Position numbers and translations under genes: made by a program
Notes under the pieces: generated by a model
Database searches by the model: none
Told to the model about the DNA's origin: nothing
Seen by the model: only the letters and a program-made list of their open reading frames with translations
Shown: one piece after another, positions 1-8,223 of the stretch
How positions within the stretch are numbered: position 1 is the first letter of the stretch
Layout: every line of letters begins with the position of its first letter
DNA from: a virus
DNA length: 64,000 bases
Virus record (IMG/VR): IMGVR_UViG_3300045988_166055
Location: 1 to 64,000 of that record
Reading direction: 5' to 3' (one strand)

Positions 1-2
1 CT

Positions 3-308
3 GAATACACAGCGTCTAAAGGTGGAGTCCTATCTTATACTGTTTGGACAGCCAAACAAATTGCAAAGTATCAAGCAACTTGTAATAGTATTTCTTTCGG
101 TGGTGTAGAAACTGAACTGAACGAACAAGTCATGAACGATAGAGAAAAATGGGATGATATCATGAGCATGACCCCATTGAAAAAATGGGCAAGTGCAAAA
201 GAAGCTGCAGATTGGATCTACTTTGTTGCAAAAGTAAACAAGTCTATGTCAGGACAAGACATCATAATTGATAATCTTGAGATGCTGAATCATAGATTTG
301 TTTGGTGA
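3..308 (+). CDS. short-chain dehydrogenase/reductase (SDR), C-terminal part; 5' end outside window
   Basis: Frame is open from the window edge to TGA 306-308 (not in the ORF track). Translation EYTASKGGVLSYTVW...GQDIIIDN carries the SDR catalytic YxxxK (Y-T-A-S-K). Confidence 0.6.
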   Translation, partial: EYTASKGGVLSYTVWTAKQIAKYQATCNSISFGGVETELNEQVMNDREKWDDIMSMTPLKKWASAKEAADWIYFVAKVNKSMSGQDIIIDNLEMLNHRFVW

Positions 309-317
309 AGTATTCAA

Positions 318-370
318 AGAGAGTTTTGTATTCCTTTGAAACCCTCTCTGAAAATAAAAATAACAAGGAG
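318..370 (+). promoter_or_regulatory. candidate H-type pseudoknot / preQ1-I-like riboswitch occluding the queF SD
   Basis: P1 AGAGAG 318-323 pairs with CTCTCT 344-349. Loop TTCCTT 331-336 is complementary to the SD AAGGAG 365-370. An A-rich linker GAAAATAAAAATAAC (350-364) lies between them, and AAACC precedes the P1 3' strand. There is no T-run, so it is not a terminator. Confidence 0.3.
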
Positions 371-379
371 TAATAAACA

Positions 380-898
380 ATGTCTGAATCAAACAAATCA
401 AGGACAGTTGAAGAGCTGTCAGGAGTAACTCTACTTGGCAACAATAACACCAAGTATAGCTGCGACTACAATCCAGAAGTTCTAGAAACATTTGTAAACA
501 AGCATCCTGACAACGATTATGTTGTTACATTTGATGCTTATGAGTTCACGAGCAAGTGCCCAAAGACAGGTCAGCCAGATTTCGCAAAAGTTGTAATCAG
601 CTACATCCCTAACGAAAGAATGGTTGAAAGCAAATCTCTTAAGCTCTATCTTTTCTCTTTCCGAGAGCATGGTGATTTTCATGAAGATTGCATGAACATT
701 ATCATGAAAGACTTGATAAAGCTTATGGATCCAAAGTACATTGAAGTGAAGGGTATTTTCTCTCCCAGGGGTGGTATATCGATCTTTCCTTTCGTAAACT
801 ATGCAAATCCAAAATTCAATTATCAGGATTTTGCAAAATCTAGAATGCTTGATGTACTTAGAGATGCAAGCAACAGAAAAGTAAGATACGACATGTAA
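380..898 (+). CDS. queF: NADPH-dependent 7-cyano-7-deazaguanine (preQ0) reductase QueF, unimodular type
   Basis: 172 aa. [13 protein letters not shown] (catalytic Cys) and [12 protein letters not shown] (QueF motif). SD AAGGAG lies 9 nt upstream. Confidence 0.9.
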   Translation: MSESNKSRTVEELSGVTLLGNNNTKYSCDYNPEVLETFVNKHPDNDYVVTFDAYEFTSKCPKTGQPDFAKVVISYIPNERMVESKSLKLYLFSFREHGDFHEDCMNIIMKDLIKLMDPKYIEVKGIFSPRGGISIFPFVNYANPKFNYQDFAKSRMLDVLRDASNRKVRYDM

Positions 899-916
899 TC
901 ATAGGAGGAGAATTTT

Positions 917-1612
917 ATGAAGAAAGCACTTGTTTTGTCGTCCGGCGGTGTAGATTCTACCACTTGCGTAGGTATTGCGGTAAAAGATGTAGGTTCAGAG
1001 AATGTGAGCACCGTTTCTGTCTTTTATGGGCAGAAACACAACAAGGAACTTGAATGCGCGGAAAAAGTAGCAGAATTCTACAATGTAAAGCATTATGTTC
1101 TTGATTTGTCAAATGTTCTTCAGTACAGCAATTGTTCTTTGATGAAGAACAGCACGGAAGACATTCCTATGATGAGTTATGCAGAACAGATTGAGAAGAA
1201 CGGTGAAGGCAAAGTTTCTACCTATGTTCCCTTTAGAAACGGCTTGATGCTATCTGCAGTGGCTGCTCTGGCTCAGTCTATCTATCCTGATGATGATGTA
1301 GATATTTACCTAGGTGCTCATGCGGACGATGCAGCTGGCAGAGCTTATGCAGATTGTAGTGAAGAATTTACTTCTGCAATGAATACAGCTATTGTAATTG
1401 GCACATATGGTAAAGTTAGAGTAGTTGCGCCTCTTGTTAATCTAAATAAAGCAGGAGTAGTCAAGCTTGGCTTATCTATTGATGTACCTTACAAATACAC
1501 ATGGAGTTGTTATTCAGGCGGAGATAAGCCTTGCGGCCATTGTGGTACTTGCATTGATAGGGCTAAAGCGTTTGAAGCAAACGGAATTTCCGATCCGGCT
1601 TTGGAGGACTAA
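917..1612 (+). CDS. queC: 7-cyano-7-deazaguanine synthase QueC
   Basis: N-terminal PP-loop LSSGGVDSTT and C-terminal Zn motif CGHCGTCIDR. 231 aa. Confidence 0.9.
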   Translation: MKKALVLSSGGVDSTTCVGIAVKDVGSENVSTVSVFYGQKHNKELECAEKVAEFYNVKHYVLDLSNVLQYSNCSLMKNSTEDIPMMSYAEQIEKNGEGKVSTYVPFRNGLMLSAVAALAQSIYPDDDVDIYLGAHADDAAGRAYADCSEEFTSAMNTAIVIGTYGKVRVVAPLVNLNKAGVVKLGLSIDVPYKYTWSCYSGGDKPCGHCGTCIDRAKAFEANGISDPALED

Positions 1613-1615
1613 AAT

Positions 1616-2053
1616 ATGTATGCAGTTAAGACAAAAGTTTCATTTGAAGCTGCTCATCGTTTATACAATGTAGACACTTATTCATCCGAATGTAGAGAGA
1701 ATCTTCACGGCCATTCGTACAAAGTTGAAGTTCTTGTTGGTGTAAATGATTTGAATAACGCTGGAATGGTCATTGATTTCAAACTTCTGAAGAAGATAAT
1801 CAAGGATGTAATTGAAGACAAATATGATCATTCTTGTATTCTTAGAAATACTGACCCCATTGCAGCTGTAATTGAAGAAAACTGTAAAAAGGTTATTCTT
1901 GTTGACGAAAGTCCGACTGCTGAGTGGATGGCTAAAGAATTCTATGAAATGATTCAATCTAGAATTAACACGTTTTCTTCTGATTTACATGTTATTTCAG
2001 TAGGAGTACAAGAAACAGAAAATAACATTGGATATTATCTTCCGGAGGAATAA
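1616..2053 (+). CDS. queD: 6-carboxy-5,6,7,8-tetrahydropterin synthase QueD (PTPS fold)
   Basis: FEAAHRL...LHGHSYKVEV His-triad pattern of QueD/PTPS, plus operon context. Confidence 0.85.
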   Translation: MYAVKTKVSFEAAHRLYNVDTYSSECRENLHGHSYKVEVLVGVNDLNNAGMVIDFKLLKKIIKDVIEDKYDHSCILRNTDPIAAVIEENCKKVILVDESPTAEWMAKEFYEMIQSRINTFSSDLHVISVGVQETENNIGYYLPEE

Positions 2054-2055
2054 AT

Positions 2056-2697
2056 ATGAAAGTTGTTGAAATATTCAAAAGCATTGATGGTGAAGGTAAG
2101 CGGGCTGGTATGCCTGCAACCTTCATTCGACTTGCTTTCTGTAATCTTAGATGCAGTTACTGCGATACTTCATATGCATTTGACGATAAATGTGCTGAAG
2201 ACATGACAGTTGATGAAATTGTCCATAAGTGTATTGAGATGGATTGTCCGTCTATTACACTTACAGGTGGAGAACCTCTAATTCACAAAGATGTCGAAAT
2301 TCTGCTTGCTGAACTTGACAGAAACAACTTTGATGTAAATGTAGAAACAAATGGAACAATTGACCCATCTTATTACCATAAGCTAAAGAATGTTTGGTTC
2401 ACTGTTGACTACAAGTCTCCATCTAGTGGATGCGAGAAGGCAATGAAGCCTGAAGCATTCAAAACACTTCGTCCTCAAGATGTATTGAAATTTGTAGTAG
2501 GAAGTGATACAGATCTTGAAGCAGCACTGAAAGCTATTCAAGAATACATACCTTCTGCTCAGATTTACTTCAGCCCTGTATTTGGATATGATGCAAAGAA
2601 CATTGTAAACTTTCTTCTTTTCAATAAGTTGAATAGCTGCAAAGTTCAGCTTCAGATCCACAAGTACATATTTGATCCAACTGCCAGAGGTGTATAA
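2056..2697 (+). CDS. queE: 7-carboxy-7-deazaguanine synthase QueE (radical SAM)
   Basis: EIFKSIDGEGKRAG...CNLRCSYCDT (CX3CX2C cluster). 213 aa, with operon context. Confidence 0.9.
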   Translation: MKVVEIFKSIDGEGKRAGMPATFIRLAFCNLRCSYCDTSYAFDDKCAEDMTVDEIVHKCIEMDCPSITLTGGEPLIHKDVEILLAELDRNNFDVNVETNGTIDPSYYHKLKNVWFTVDYKSPSSGCEKAMKPEAFKTLRPQDVLKFVVGSDTDLEAALKAIQEYIPSAQIYFSPVFGYDAKNIVNFLLFNKLNSCKVQLQIHKYIFDPTARGV

Positions 2698-2699
2698 AT

Positions 2700-3257
2700 A
2701 TGAATGATTATTATGTATATATCTGGAAAACAATAGATACAAATGAGATATTTTATGTAGGTTCAGGCCATGGCATCAGATACAAAGATTCTGATAGGCA
2801 ATCTAGAAGTCCTGGATGGTGGGACTTCTTCTGCAGTCATGGTCAGAAAGCTAATTGTACTAGTAGCATACTCATCGAAGGGCTTACTAAACAGGAAGCA
2901 TTGTCTGCAGAATCTGACATTACTAAGCGATACAGGGAAGAAGGTCACCCTATTGTAAATGTTAATGACGGATCTCATAGACCTATAGAATTGCAGGAAC
3001 AGATAAACATTAAGCTGCGAAAGCCTAAATCAGAAGAAGGCAGATCTAACATTGCTAGAGCTAAGCAAGGTAACAAAAATCCTATGTATGGAAAGACTCA
3101 CGGAGTTAGTAAATCTACTCGCACAAAAATAGGAAACAAAATGAAAGGTAACAAGAACGCAGCTGGTCGAGTTATTTCTCCAGAGACAAGAGAAAAGCTG
3201 AGAAAAGCTGCACTAGCTCGAGAAGCAAGAAAGCGGCAAGCAACGGGAGGAATATGA
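2700..3257 (+). mobile_element. GIY-YIG homing endonuclease gene, free-standing between queE and folE
   Basis: N-terminal YVYIW...IFYVGSGHG (GIY...YIG). C-terminal NUMOD3-like repeats (KNPMYGKTH, GNKNAAGRVISPETREK). It overlaps neighbours by ATGA-type junctions. Confidence 0.8.
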
Positions 3258-3481
3258 TGGACAAAGAAAAAGTACAAGAAGCTGTAAGAAATCTGCTTGT
3301 TGCTTTAGGAGAAGATGTTACAAGACCTGGTCTAGTAGAAACTCCTAAAAGAGTAGCAGGTTATTGGGAAGAACTTCTTGAAGGTGAAAACTACACTAAC
3401 AAGGAAATAGCTGATATGTTCAGGAAGGACTTCCAAGTAAGCTATGATTCAATGGTCATCAAAGAGGGTGTAGTAGCATGA
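3254..3481 (+). pseudogene. truncated duplicate of the GTP cyclohydrolase I N-terminus (folE'), 75 codons, stops before the CEHH catalytic motif
   Basis: By hand alignment about half of ~58 positions are identical to residues ~5-62 of the full folE at 3478 (shared motifs LxALGxD, GLxxTPxRVA, ELxEG, YTNxEIA). The ORF ends ...IKEGVVA* with an ATGA overlap into folE. Confidence 0.7.
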
Positions 3482-4053
3482 AAAATATTGATAAAAATAA
3501 AATTGAAGAGCTTACAAGAGAGTTCTTGATAGCTTTAGGCGATGATCCTGACAGAGAAGGATTGAAGAAGACTCCAAATCGAGTTGCAAGAATGTGCGAT
3601 GAATTGTTTGAAGGGATGACTTATACAAATGAGGAAATTGCACATAAGTTTGATACATTCTTCGAAGATCTAGAAACTGGAGATCTTGTAGTTGAAAGTA
3701 ATATCCCTATTCATAGTTTTTGTGAACATCATTTAATGTTGATGTATGACATGACTGTTGCAATTGGATACATTCCAAACGGAAGAGTAATTGGATTGAG
3801 CAAGCTAGCAAGAATTGCAGATATGGTGAGCAAGAGACTTCAGCTTCAAGAAAAAATTGGAACTGACATAGCAGAAATTCTGTCAATGATTTTAAGAACT
3901 AAAGATATAATTGTAGTTATTCAAGGGAAGCACGGATGCATGACAGCACGTGGCATAAGATCAAGAGAAGCAGTAACTAGAACTGCTACACTCCGAGGAA
4001 GATTTGAATCAGATTCGGATCTAAGGTCAGAGTTCTATTCGCTTATCAAATAA
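3478..4053 (+). CDS. folE: GTP cyclohydrolase I FolE
   Basis: 191 aa. [29 protein letters not shown] motifs. Confidence 0.9.
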   Translation: MKNIDKNKIEELTREFLIALGDDPDREGLKKTPNRVARMCDELFEGMTYTNEEIAHKFDTFFEDLETGDLVVESNIPIHSFCEHHLMLMYDMTVAIGYIPNGRVIGLSKLARIADMVSKRLQLQEKIGTDIAEILSMILRTKDIIVVIQGKHGCMTARGIRSREAVTRTATLRGRFESDSDLRSEFYSLIK

Positions 4054-4060
4054 ATTATTT

Positions 4061-4119
4061 ATCACCTCGCTTTTATGTTTAACCTTTACTAGAAACATAA
4101 CAGCGAGGTGATTATTTTG
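4061..4119 (+). terminator. long hairpin after folE; the 3' arm contains the SD and start of the HNH gene
   Basis: 4061-4080 pairs with 4093-4112 (19 bp, one mismatch, 12-nt loop), followed by TATTTTG. The 3' arm includes GAGGTG 4105-4110 and GTG 4108. Confidence 0.6.
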
Positions 4120-4974
4120 ATTAAACTTAGTAAGCATGAATGGCTTGAATTGCAAAAATTCTTAGGGCATGATCCAAACAACGACGGAGAATGGTCTTTG
4201 ATTCCATCAGATGGATGTAAATATGTAGTAAATTCTAAAGGTACATGTATAGTAAGACTTGCGTCCAGAGACAAGAGAGGATATTTTCTTAAATCAAGAA
4301 AGCTAAATTTCATGAAGGATGATCACAATTATGTATTATGCAACATAAATAATGAGTCAATACGAGTTCATAGGGTTGTTGCACAAGCTTGGTTGTTTGA
4401 TTATAGAGAGGATTTGACAGTCAATCACAAAGACGGAAAACATGATAATAATGATATATCCAATTTAGAGATGATGACTGGTCCTGAAAACACTAATCAT
4501 TACCACACATCAAAAGCTCATGAAGAACAGCGAATAAGCGACTATTCGCATCACGGAGACACTATAAGAGGAAGGATACATATAACAAACGGGTATGACG
4601 GTAAAATGATACATGAAAATGAACCAATACCTGATGGATGGTATAGAGGAAGACCGCAATCAATGAAAGACAGTCTTTCAAGTTCAATGATTGGAAATGT
4701 TCCATTTAACAAAGGAAAAAAAATAATAACAAATGGAAAAATCAGCAAATACATATCCGAATCAGATGATATTCCTGAAGGATGGAAGAAAGGCTCACAA
4801 CTTAATTTATCTGAAGCTCAGATAGAAAGGAAAAAAGAAATTATGTCAGGTAGGATATATGTTACTAAAGGGGCTATTAACAAAAGGATATATCCAGATG
4901 AGATAGAAAAATATATTTCGGACGGTTGGAGAAAAGGGATGTATAGCAAGCGAAGTAAAAAAATAACTATATGA
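4108..4974 (+). mobile_element. HNH homing endonuclease gene, free-standing
   Basis: VNHKDGKHDNNDISNLEMMTGPENTNHYH (HNH). Three C-terminal repeats of (I/V)T(N/K)G-x-I-x-IP(D/E)GW(Y/K/R)(R/K)G. The start may be GTG 4108 or, more likely, TTG 4117 (6 nt after GAGGTG). Confidence 0.8.
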
Positions 4975-5017
4975 ATATACCATCTTCATCTATCTGCTAA
5001 ATATAGATAAATAGCTT

Positions 5018-5032
5018 GAATCGTTATTGTAG
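5018..5032 (+). promoter_or_regulatory. GAATCGTTAT motif site (candidate phage promoter)
   Basis: GAATCGTTAT directly followed by TGTAG, 61 nt upstream of the rnhA ATG. Confidence 0.4.
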
Positions 5033-5067
5033 ACGTACTAAACAATAGTGCGTCTACAATTTTTATA
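5027..5067 (+). terminator. rho-independent terminator after the HNH gene
   Basis: TTGTAGACGTACT/AGTGCGTCTACAA stem (~14 bp including one G-U), 5-nt loop, then ATTTTTAT. Confidence 0.65.
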
Positions 5068-5078
5068 GGTGAAATATT

Positions 5079-5540
5079 ATGAAAACAGTTAGAATCTATA
5101 CAGATGGGTCGTGTTTGGGAAATCCAGGTCAAGGCGGTTGGGCAGCTTGTTTGAAGTGCGATAAACAATACAAAGAAATATCAGGTGGAACAAAACATAC
5201 AACGAATAATGCAATGGAGCTTACAGCTATTTTAGAAGCTCTCAAATGCTTGAAGAAATCTCCGCTGATTGTTGAAATCTATTCTGATTCAAAATATGTT
5301 GTTGATGCTTTCAGGAAAGACTGGATAAGTAATTGGAGAGCGAAAGGATTTCTAAGAAATCCGTTTGATCCAAATTCTGAATACATACCTAATGCCAAAA
5401 TTTGGATAGAAATTCTAAAAGAAGTAGACAAACATGATGTTTATTTCAATTGGGTAAAAGGTCATTCGGGAGATGTAATGAATGAACGATGCGATCATCT
5501 GGCCAAAGCTGCTGCACGGTGGTATCGTGATAATGGATAA
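5079..5540 (+). CDS. rnhA: ribonuclease H (type 1)
   Basis: IYTDGSCLGNPG, NNAMELTA, YSDSKYV, WVKGHSG..NERCDHLA: the DEDD residues in canonical order. Confidence 0.9.
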   Translation: MKTVRIYTDGSCLGNPGQGGWAACLKCDKQYKEISGGTKHTTNNAMELTAILEALKCLKKSPLIVEIYSDSKYVVDAFRKDWISNWRAKGFLRNPFDPNSEYIPNAKIWIEILKEVDKHDVYFNWVKGHSGDVMNERCDHLAKAAARWYRDNG

Positions 5541-5543
5541 GAG

Positions 5544-6023
5544 GTGAATGATATGAAAATATTTGCATTTTCAGATGCAAAAGATAATATAAAGAATAAA
5601 TTGAAAGACAAATCAGATGAGCTAGTTTATCATTTAGTCAAGATATTTATCTTTCCTAATTGCGGAATAACATCTCATTGGTGTCAAGAAGTATATGGAT
5701 TTATTCACTCTGTACCTAAAATGAAAAACAAAAATAAATTTCAAAAGAAGGAATTTATTTTTGACAACACTTTTGGAGTATGGGGTGACACAGTTGAATC
5801 ATGTATCATAACTGCCATAAAAGATTATCCTAATCTAGTTCCAATGTTTAACAAAGAAAATGGATTAGGTGTTTGTGAAGCAGCAGTTAGAAAGTATTTT
5901 AATTGGCTTTCAGAAGAACTTTCTAACATTGGAAGAGTTGCATCGTCCGATGTATACAAGAAAATTGATTCACTGATTGAGGAGGTCATTCAAGAACTAG
6001 ACAACAATAAGCCTACTCTATGA
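5544..6023 (+). CDS. hypothetical protein
   Basis: 159-aa ORF, co-oriented and tightly packed. No family recognised by eye. Confidence 0.5.
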   Translation: MNDMKIFAFSDAKDNIKNKLKDKSDELVYHLVKIFIFPNCGITSHWCQEVYGFIHSVPKMKNKNKFQKKEFIFDNTFGVWGDTVESCIITAIKDYPNLVPMFNKENGLGVCEAAVRKYFNWLSEELSNIGRVASSDVYKKIDSLIEEVIQELDNNKPTL

Positions 6024-6035
6024 AAAATAAAGAAA

Positions 6036-6521
6036 ATGGAGGAAATAAATATGTATGTTAAGGATTTTATGATTGGTTCTGCTGCTGAAGCAATTCAGAC
6101 AATGACTAAGAAGTATGGTGGTCCGTTCGGAGCTGCGGTAGTAAAAAATGGAAAGGTCATTGCTATCTGTTCCAATACTGTACTGAAGGATCATGACCCA
6201 ACTGCTCATGCTGAAGTCAACGCTATCCGAAAAGCATGTCAGATTCTAAATACACATGACCTAACTGGATGCGAGTTATATGCTACTGGAGCGCCTTGCC
6301 CTATGTGTCTTAGCGCAATCATCTGGGCAAATATTAAGACAGTTTACTATTCGGGAAAATACGAAGATTGTAAGCAAATCGGATTCCGTGATGATCACAT
6401 TTTCAAATTCATTCAAGATGGCGCGAAAGATGAAAATTTAGTCAAACTTGAAATTCATGATAATGATATTGCAAAAAGTATGTACAATATGTATCATGCA
6501 ATGTCTGGAACAATCTACTAA
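6036..6521 (+). CDS. CDA-fold nucleobase deaminase, guanine deaminase (GuaD)-like
   Basis: GGPFGAAVVKNG...DPTAHAEVNAIRKA...PCPMCLSAIIWA...GFRDDHIF closely follows my recollection of the B. subtilis GuaD pattern (GPFGA, HAE, PCxMC, GF-DD). Confidence 0.7.
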   Translation: MEEINMYVKDFMIGSAAEAIQTMTKKYGGPFGAAVVKNGKVIAICSNTVLKDHDPTAHAEVNAIRKACQILNTHDLTGCELYATGAPCPMCLSAIIWANIKTVYYSGKYEDCKQIGFRDDHIFKFIQDGAKDENLVKLEIHDNDIAKSMYNMYHAMSGTIY

Positions 6522-6550
6522 TTGAATCGAAATTAAGTTATAAATTTAGA

Positions 6551-6593
6551 TAGCTGTGATAATTGAATTTATCACAGCTAATTTTTGATTTTT
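6551..6593 (+). terminator. rho-independent terminator
   Basis: TAGCTGTGATA 6551-6561 pairs with TATCACAGCTA 6570-6580 (11 bp), then ATTTTTGATTTTT. Confidence 0.75.
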
Positions 6594-6607
6594 CACTAAT
6601 ATTAAAT

Positions 6608-6617
6608 TTATCGTTAT
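6608..6617 (+). promoter_or_regulatory. variant motif site TTATCGTTAT
   Basis: Variant of the AATCGTTAT motif, 39 nt upstream of ATG 6647 and just after the terminator. Confidence 0.3.
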
Positions 6618-6646
6618 TGATATTAAATTTAATGGAGGATATCAGC

Positions 6647-7003
6647 ATGTATGATTTAATGACTTCAAAATTTGATTTAGATGAACATATCAAAAACTAT
6701 CCTTTTTACACAGAGATTGTTATCTTTCCTGACGGACATGTTGAATATGCAATTCCTTCACATCAAGAAAAGCTCTGTCAAGTTTTAAGCAAAATGAAGA
6801 ACTGGACAAGACAAGAAGTTATTGACAATACTCCAAAAGAATATTACTTTGACTGGATGACATGGCTGTTAAACGAAACTAGATGTATTTCTGTTTGGTA
6901 TGATTTTATACTGACACCAGAAGAAGTTACTGATGCGCAGACAAAAACAATAGCAATGCTTATTCAGAAAAAGGCAATCAAAATCTCAAAAACATTTCAA
7001 TGA
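6647..7003 (+). CDS. hypothetical protein
   Basis: The track ORF 6563-7003 begins inside the terminator. ATG 6647 sits 7 nt after GGAGGA (6634-6639). Confidence 0.5.
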   Translation: MYDLMTSKFDLDEHIKNYPFYTEIVIFPDGHVEYAIPSHQEKLCQVLSKMKNWTRQEVIDNTPKEYYFDWMTWLLNETRCISVWYDFILTPEEVTDAQTKTIAMLIQKKAIKISKTFQ

Positions 7004-7046
7004 ACCTCATATAATTGTAAATAAGAATGTAATGAGGTGAAATGAT

Positions 7047-7430
7047 TTGAAAATCCTCATAAGATATCCTGAAATACTCTGCTGTCAAATATTTGATTCA
7101 AATTATAGGAAAGAAGCAATAAAATGTGCAATTTCCACCAGAGATATCACTAAAGGCTTAACAAGATGCAGATCGTCTAATATGTGGGGATATACTTTGA
7201 ATGTACGAAACAAGGGTGATAGAGAAGGAGATCTATTCATACAGTTCAAAGGTAGAAATGGAGGACCTGATGATATCTACATATACTATGATGTCCCAAT
7301 AAGGTTATATAGAAAATTAGTAAGCGTTCCTTCGAAGGGGCATTTCTTCTGGCAATACATTAGAAACAACTATAAATATTCTAAGTTGACAGGAAACAAA
7401 CGTGGAGTTCTACCTAATGCGATAAATTGA
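7047..7430 (+). CDS. KTSC-domain protein
   Basis: SSNMWGYTLNV...DLFIQFKGRNG...IYIYYDVPIRLYRKLVSVPSKGHFFWQYIRNNYKY matches the KTSC pattern. TTG start lies 6 nt after GAGGTGA. Confidence 0.55.
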   Translation: MKILIRYPEILCCQIFDSNYRKEAIKCAISTRDITKGLTRCRSSNMWGYTLNVRNKGDREGDLFIQFKGRNGGPDDIYIYYDVPIRLYRKLVSVPSKGHFFWQYIRNNYKYSKLTGNKRGVLPNAIN

Positions 7431-7440
7431 GGAAAACGAA

Positions 7441-7935
7441 ATGAAAATGCGAAGATCTAAATCAACAAAGCTTCAATCAGTGACAGCTGCTTCAAATATA
7501 GGAACAACATATTACAGAGCAACATTAGACAATGTTATTCAAACGCTCACAAGAAACGATGCAAACCTTTTTCTTCTTTATTTAATTGAAGAAGATGGAT
7601 TCGATGCTCTAGACTTCAAGAGTCATATGTTTGGAAGTGCAGTTGTTGAAGAAAACAATGAAGATGTCATTTACATTTGTGTTACAGACGGATATGAAAT
7701 TGAAGTAGATAGAGAAATGGTTGATCCGGAAGAAGCACTCGAGAATTATGCTCCTATCTATCTTGAAAATCATATTCAAGATGCAAATGATGATATTATA
7801 ATGAGAAGCATAACTCCTTACGAACTATCAGATTTTGACGAGTCTTCCGTTGCAAGAGGCATACTTAGAACCTATGATGTTAGCTTCAAGAAAGTAGTTT
7901 CTGATTTTGAAGAAATTGAAAATATGAATAGATAA
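7441..7935 (+). CDS. hypothetical acidic protein
   Basis: 164-aa ORF, co-oriented. No family recognised. Confidence 0.5.
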   Translation: MKMRRSKSTKLQSVTAASNIGTTYYRATLDNVIQTLTRNDANLFLLYLIEEDGFDALDFKSHMFGSAVVEENNEDVIYICVTDGYEIEVDREMVDPEEALENYAPIYLENHIQDANDDIIMRSITPYELSDFDESSVARGILRTYDVSFKKVVSDFEEIENMNR

Positions 7936-7945
7936 GAATCGTTAT
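7936..7945 (+). promoter_or_regulatory. GAATCGTTAT motif site
   Basis: Exact 10-mer immediately after stop 7935, 55 nt upstream of ATG 7991. Confidence 0.4.
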
Positions 7946-7990
7946 TATGTTTGAACATATCAAGACCATTCAAATTGAGGAGATTAAAAT

Positions 7991-8218
7991 ATGAATAATG
8001 AAATGTTTTCTATCAAGTTCAAAGGCATTGTTTATGATGACGCCTGGAGGGATAGCGCAGGGCACATTTGGTTTGGCGGTAACAAATATGAATATGTTCC
8101 TTTTAATAGTATTTTCAATAGACCTGAACATGTAATTATTCACAATTTCGTTCAGACTGAATTCTGCTTTTCTTTGAATCCAAAAACATCATATGCAAAG
8201 ATCAAAATTTTAGATTAA
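7991..8218 (+). CDS. hypothetical protein
   Basis: 75-aa ORF preceded by GAGGAG. Confidence 0.45.
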   Translation: MNNEMFSIKFKGIVYDDAWRDSAGHIWFGGNKYEYVPFNSIFNRPEHVIIHNFVQTEFCFSLNPKTSYAKIKILD

Positions 8219-8223
8219 AATAA

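Noticed and set aside
2383-2742. Antisense track ORFs of 100-176 aa: 2383-2742, 8820-9125, 9436-9825, 12442-12945, 17418-17948, 24091-24498, 34749-35108, 37544-37864, 54377-54697, 57766-58074, 60640-60960, 62087-62437 and 62966-63412.
   Set aside because: All lie opposite well-supported + strand genes. They lack SD sequences and have low-complexity or hydrophobic translations typical of shadow ORFs in AT-rich DNA.
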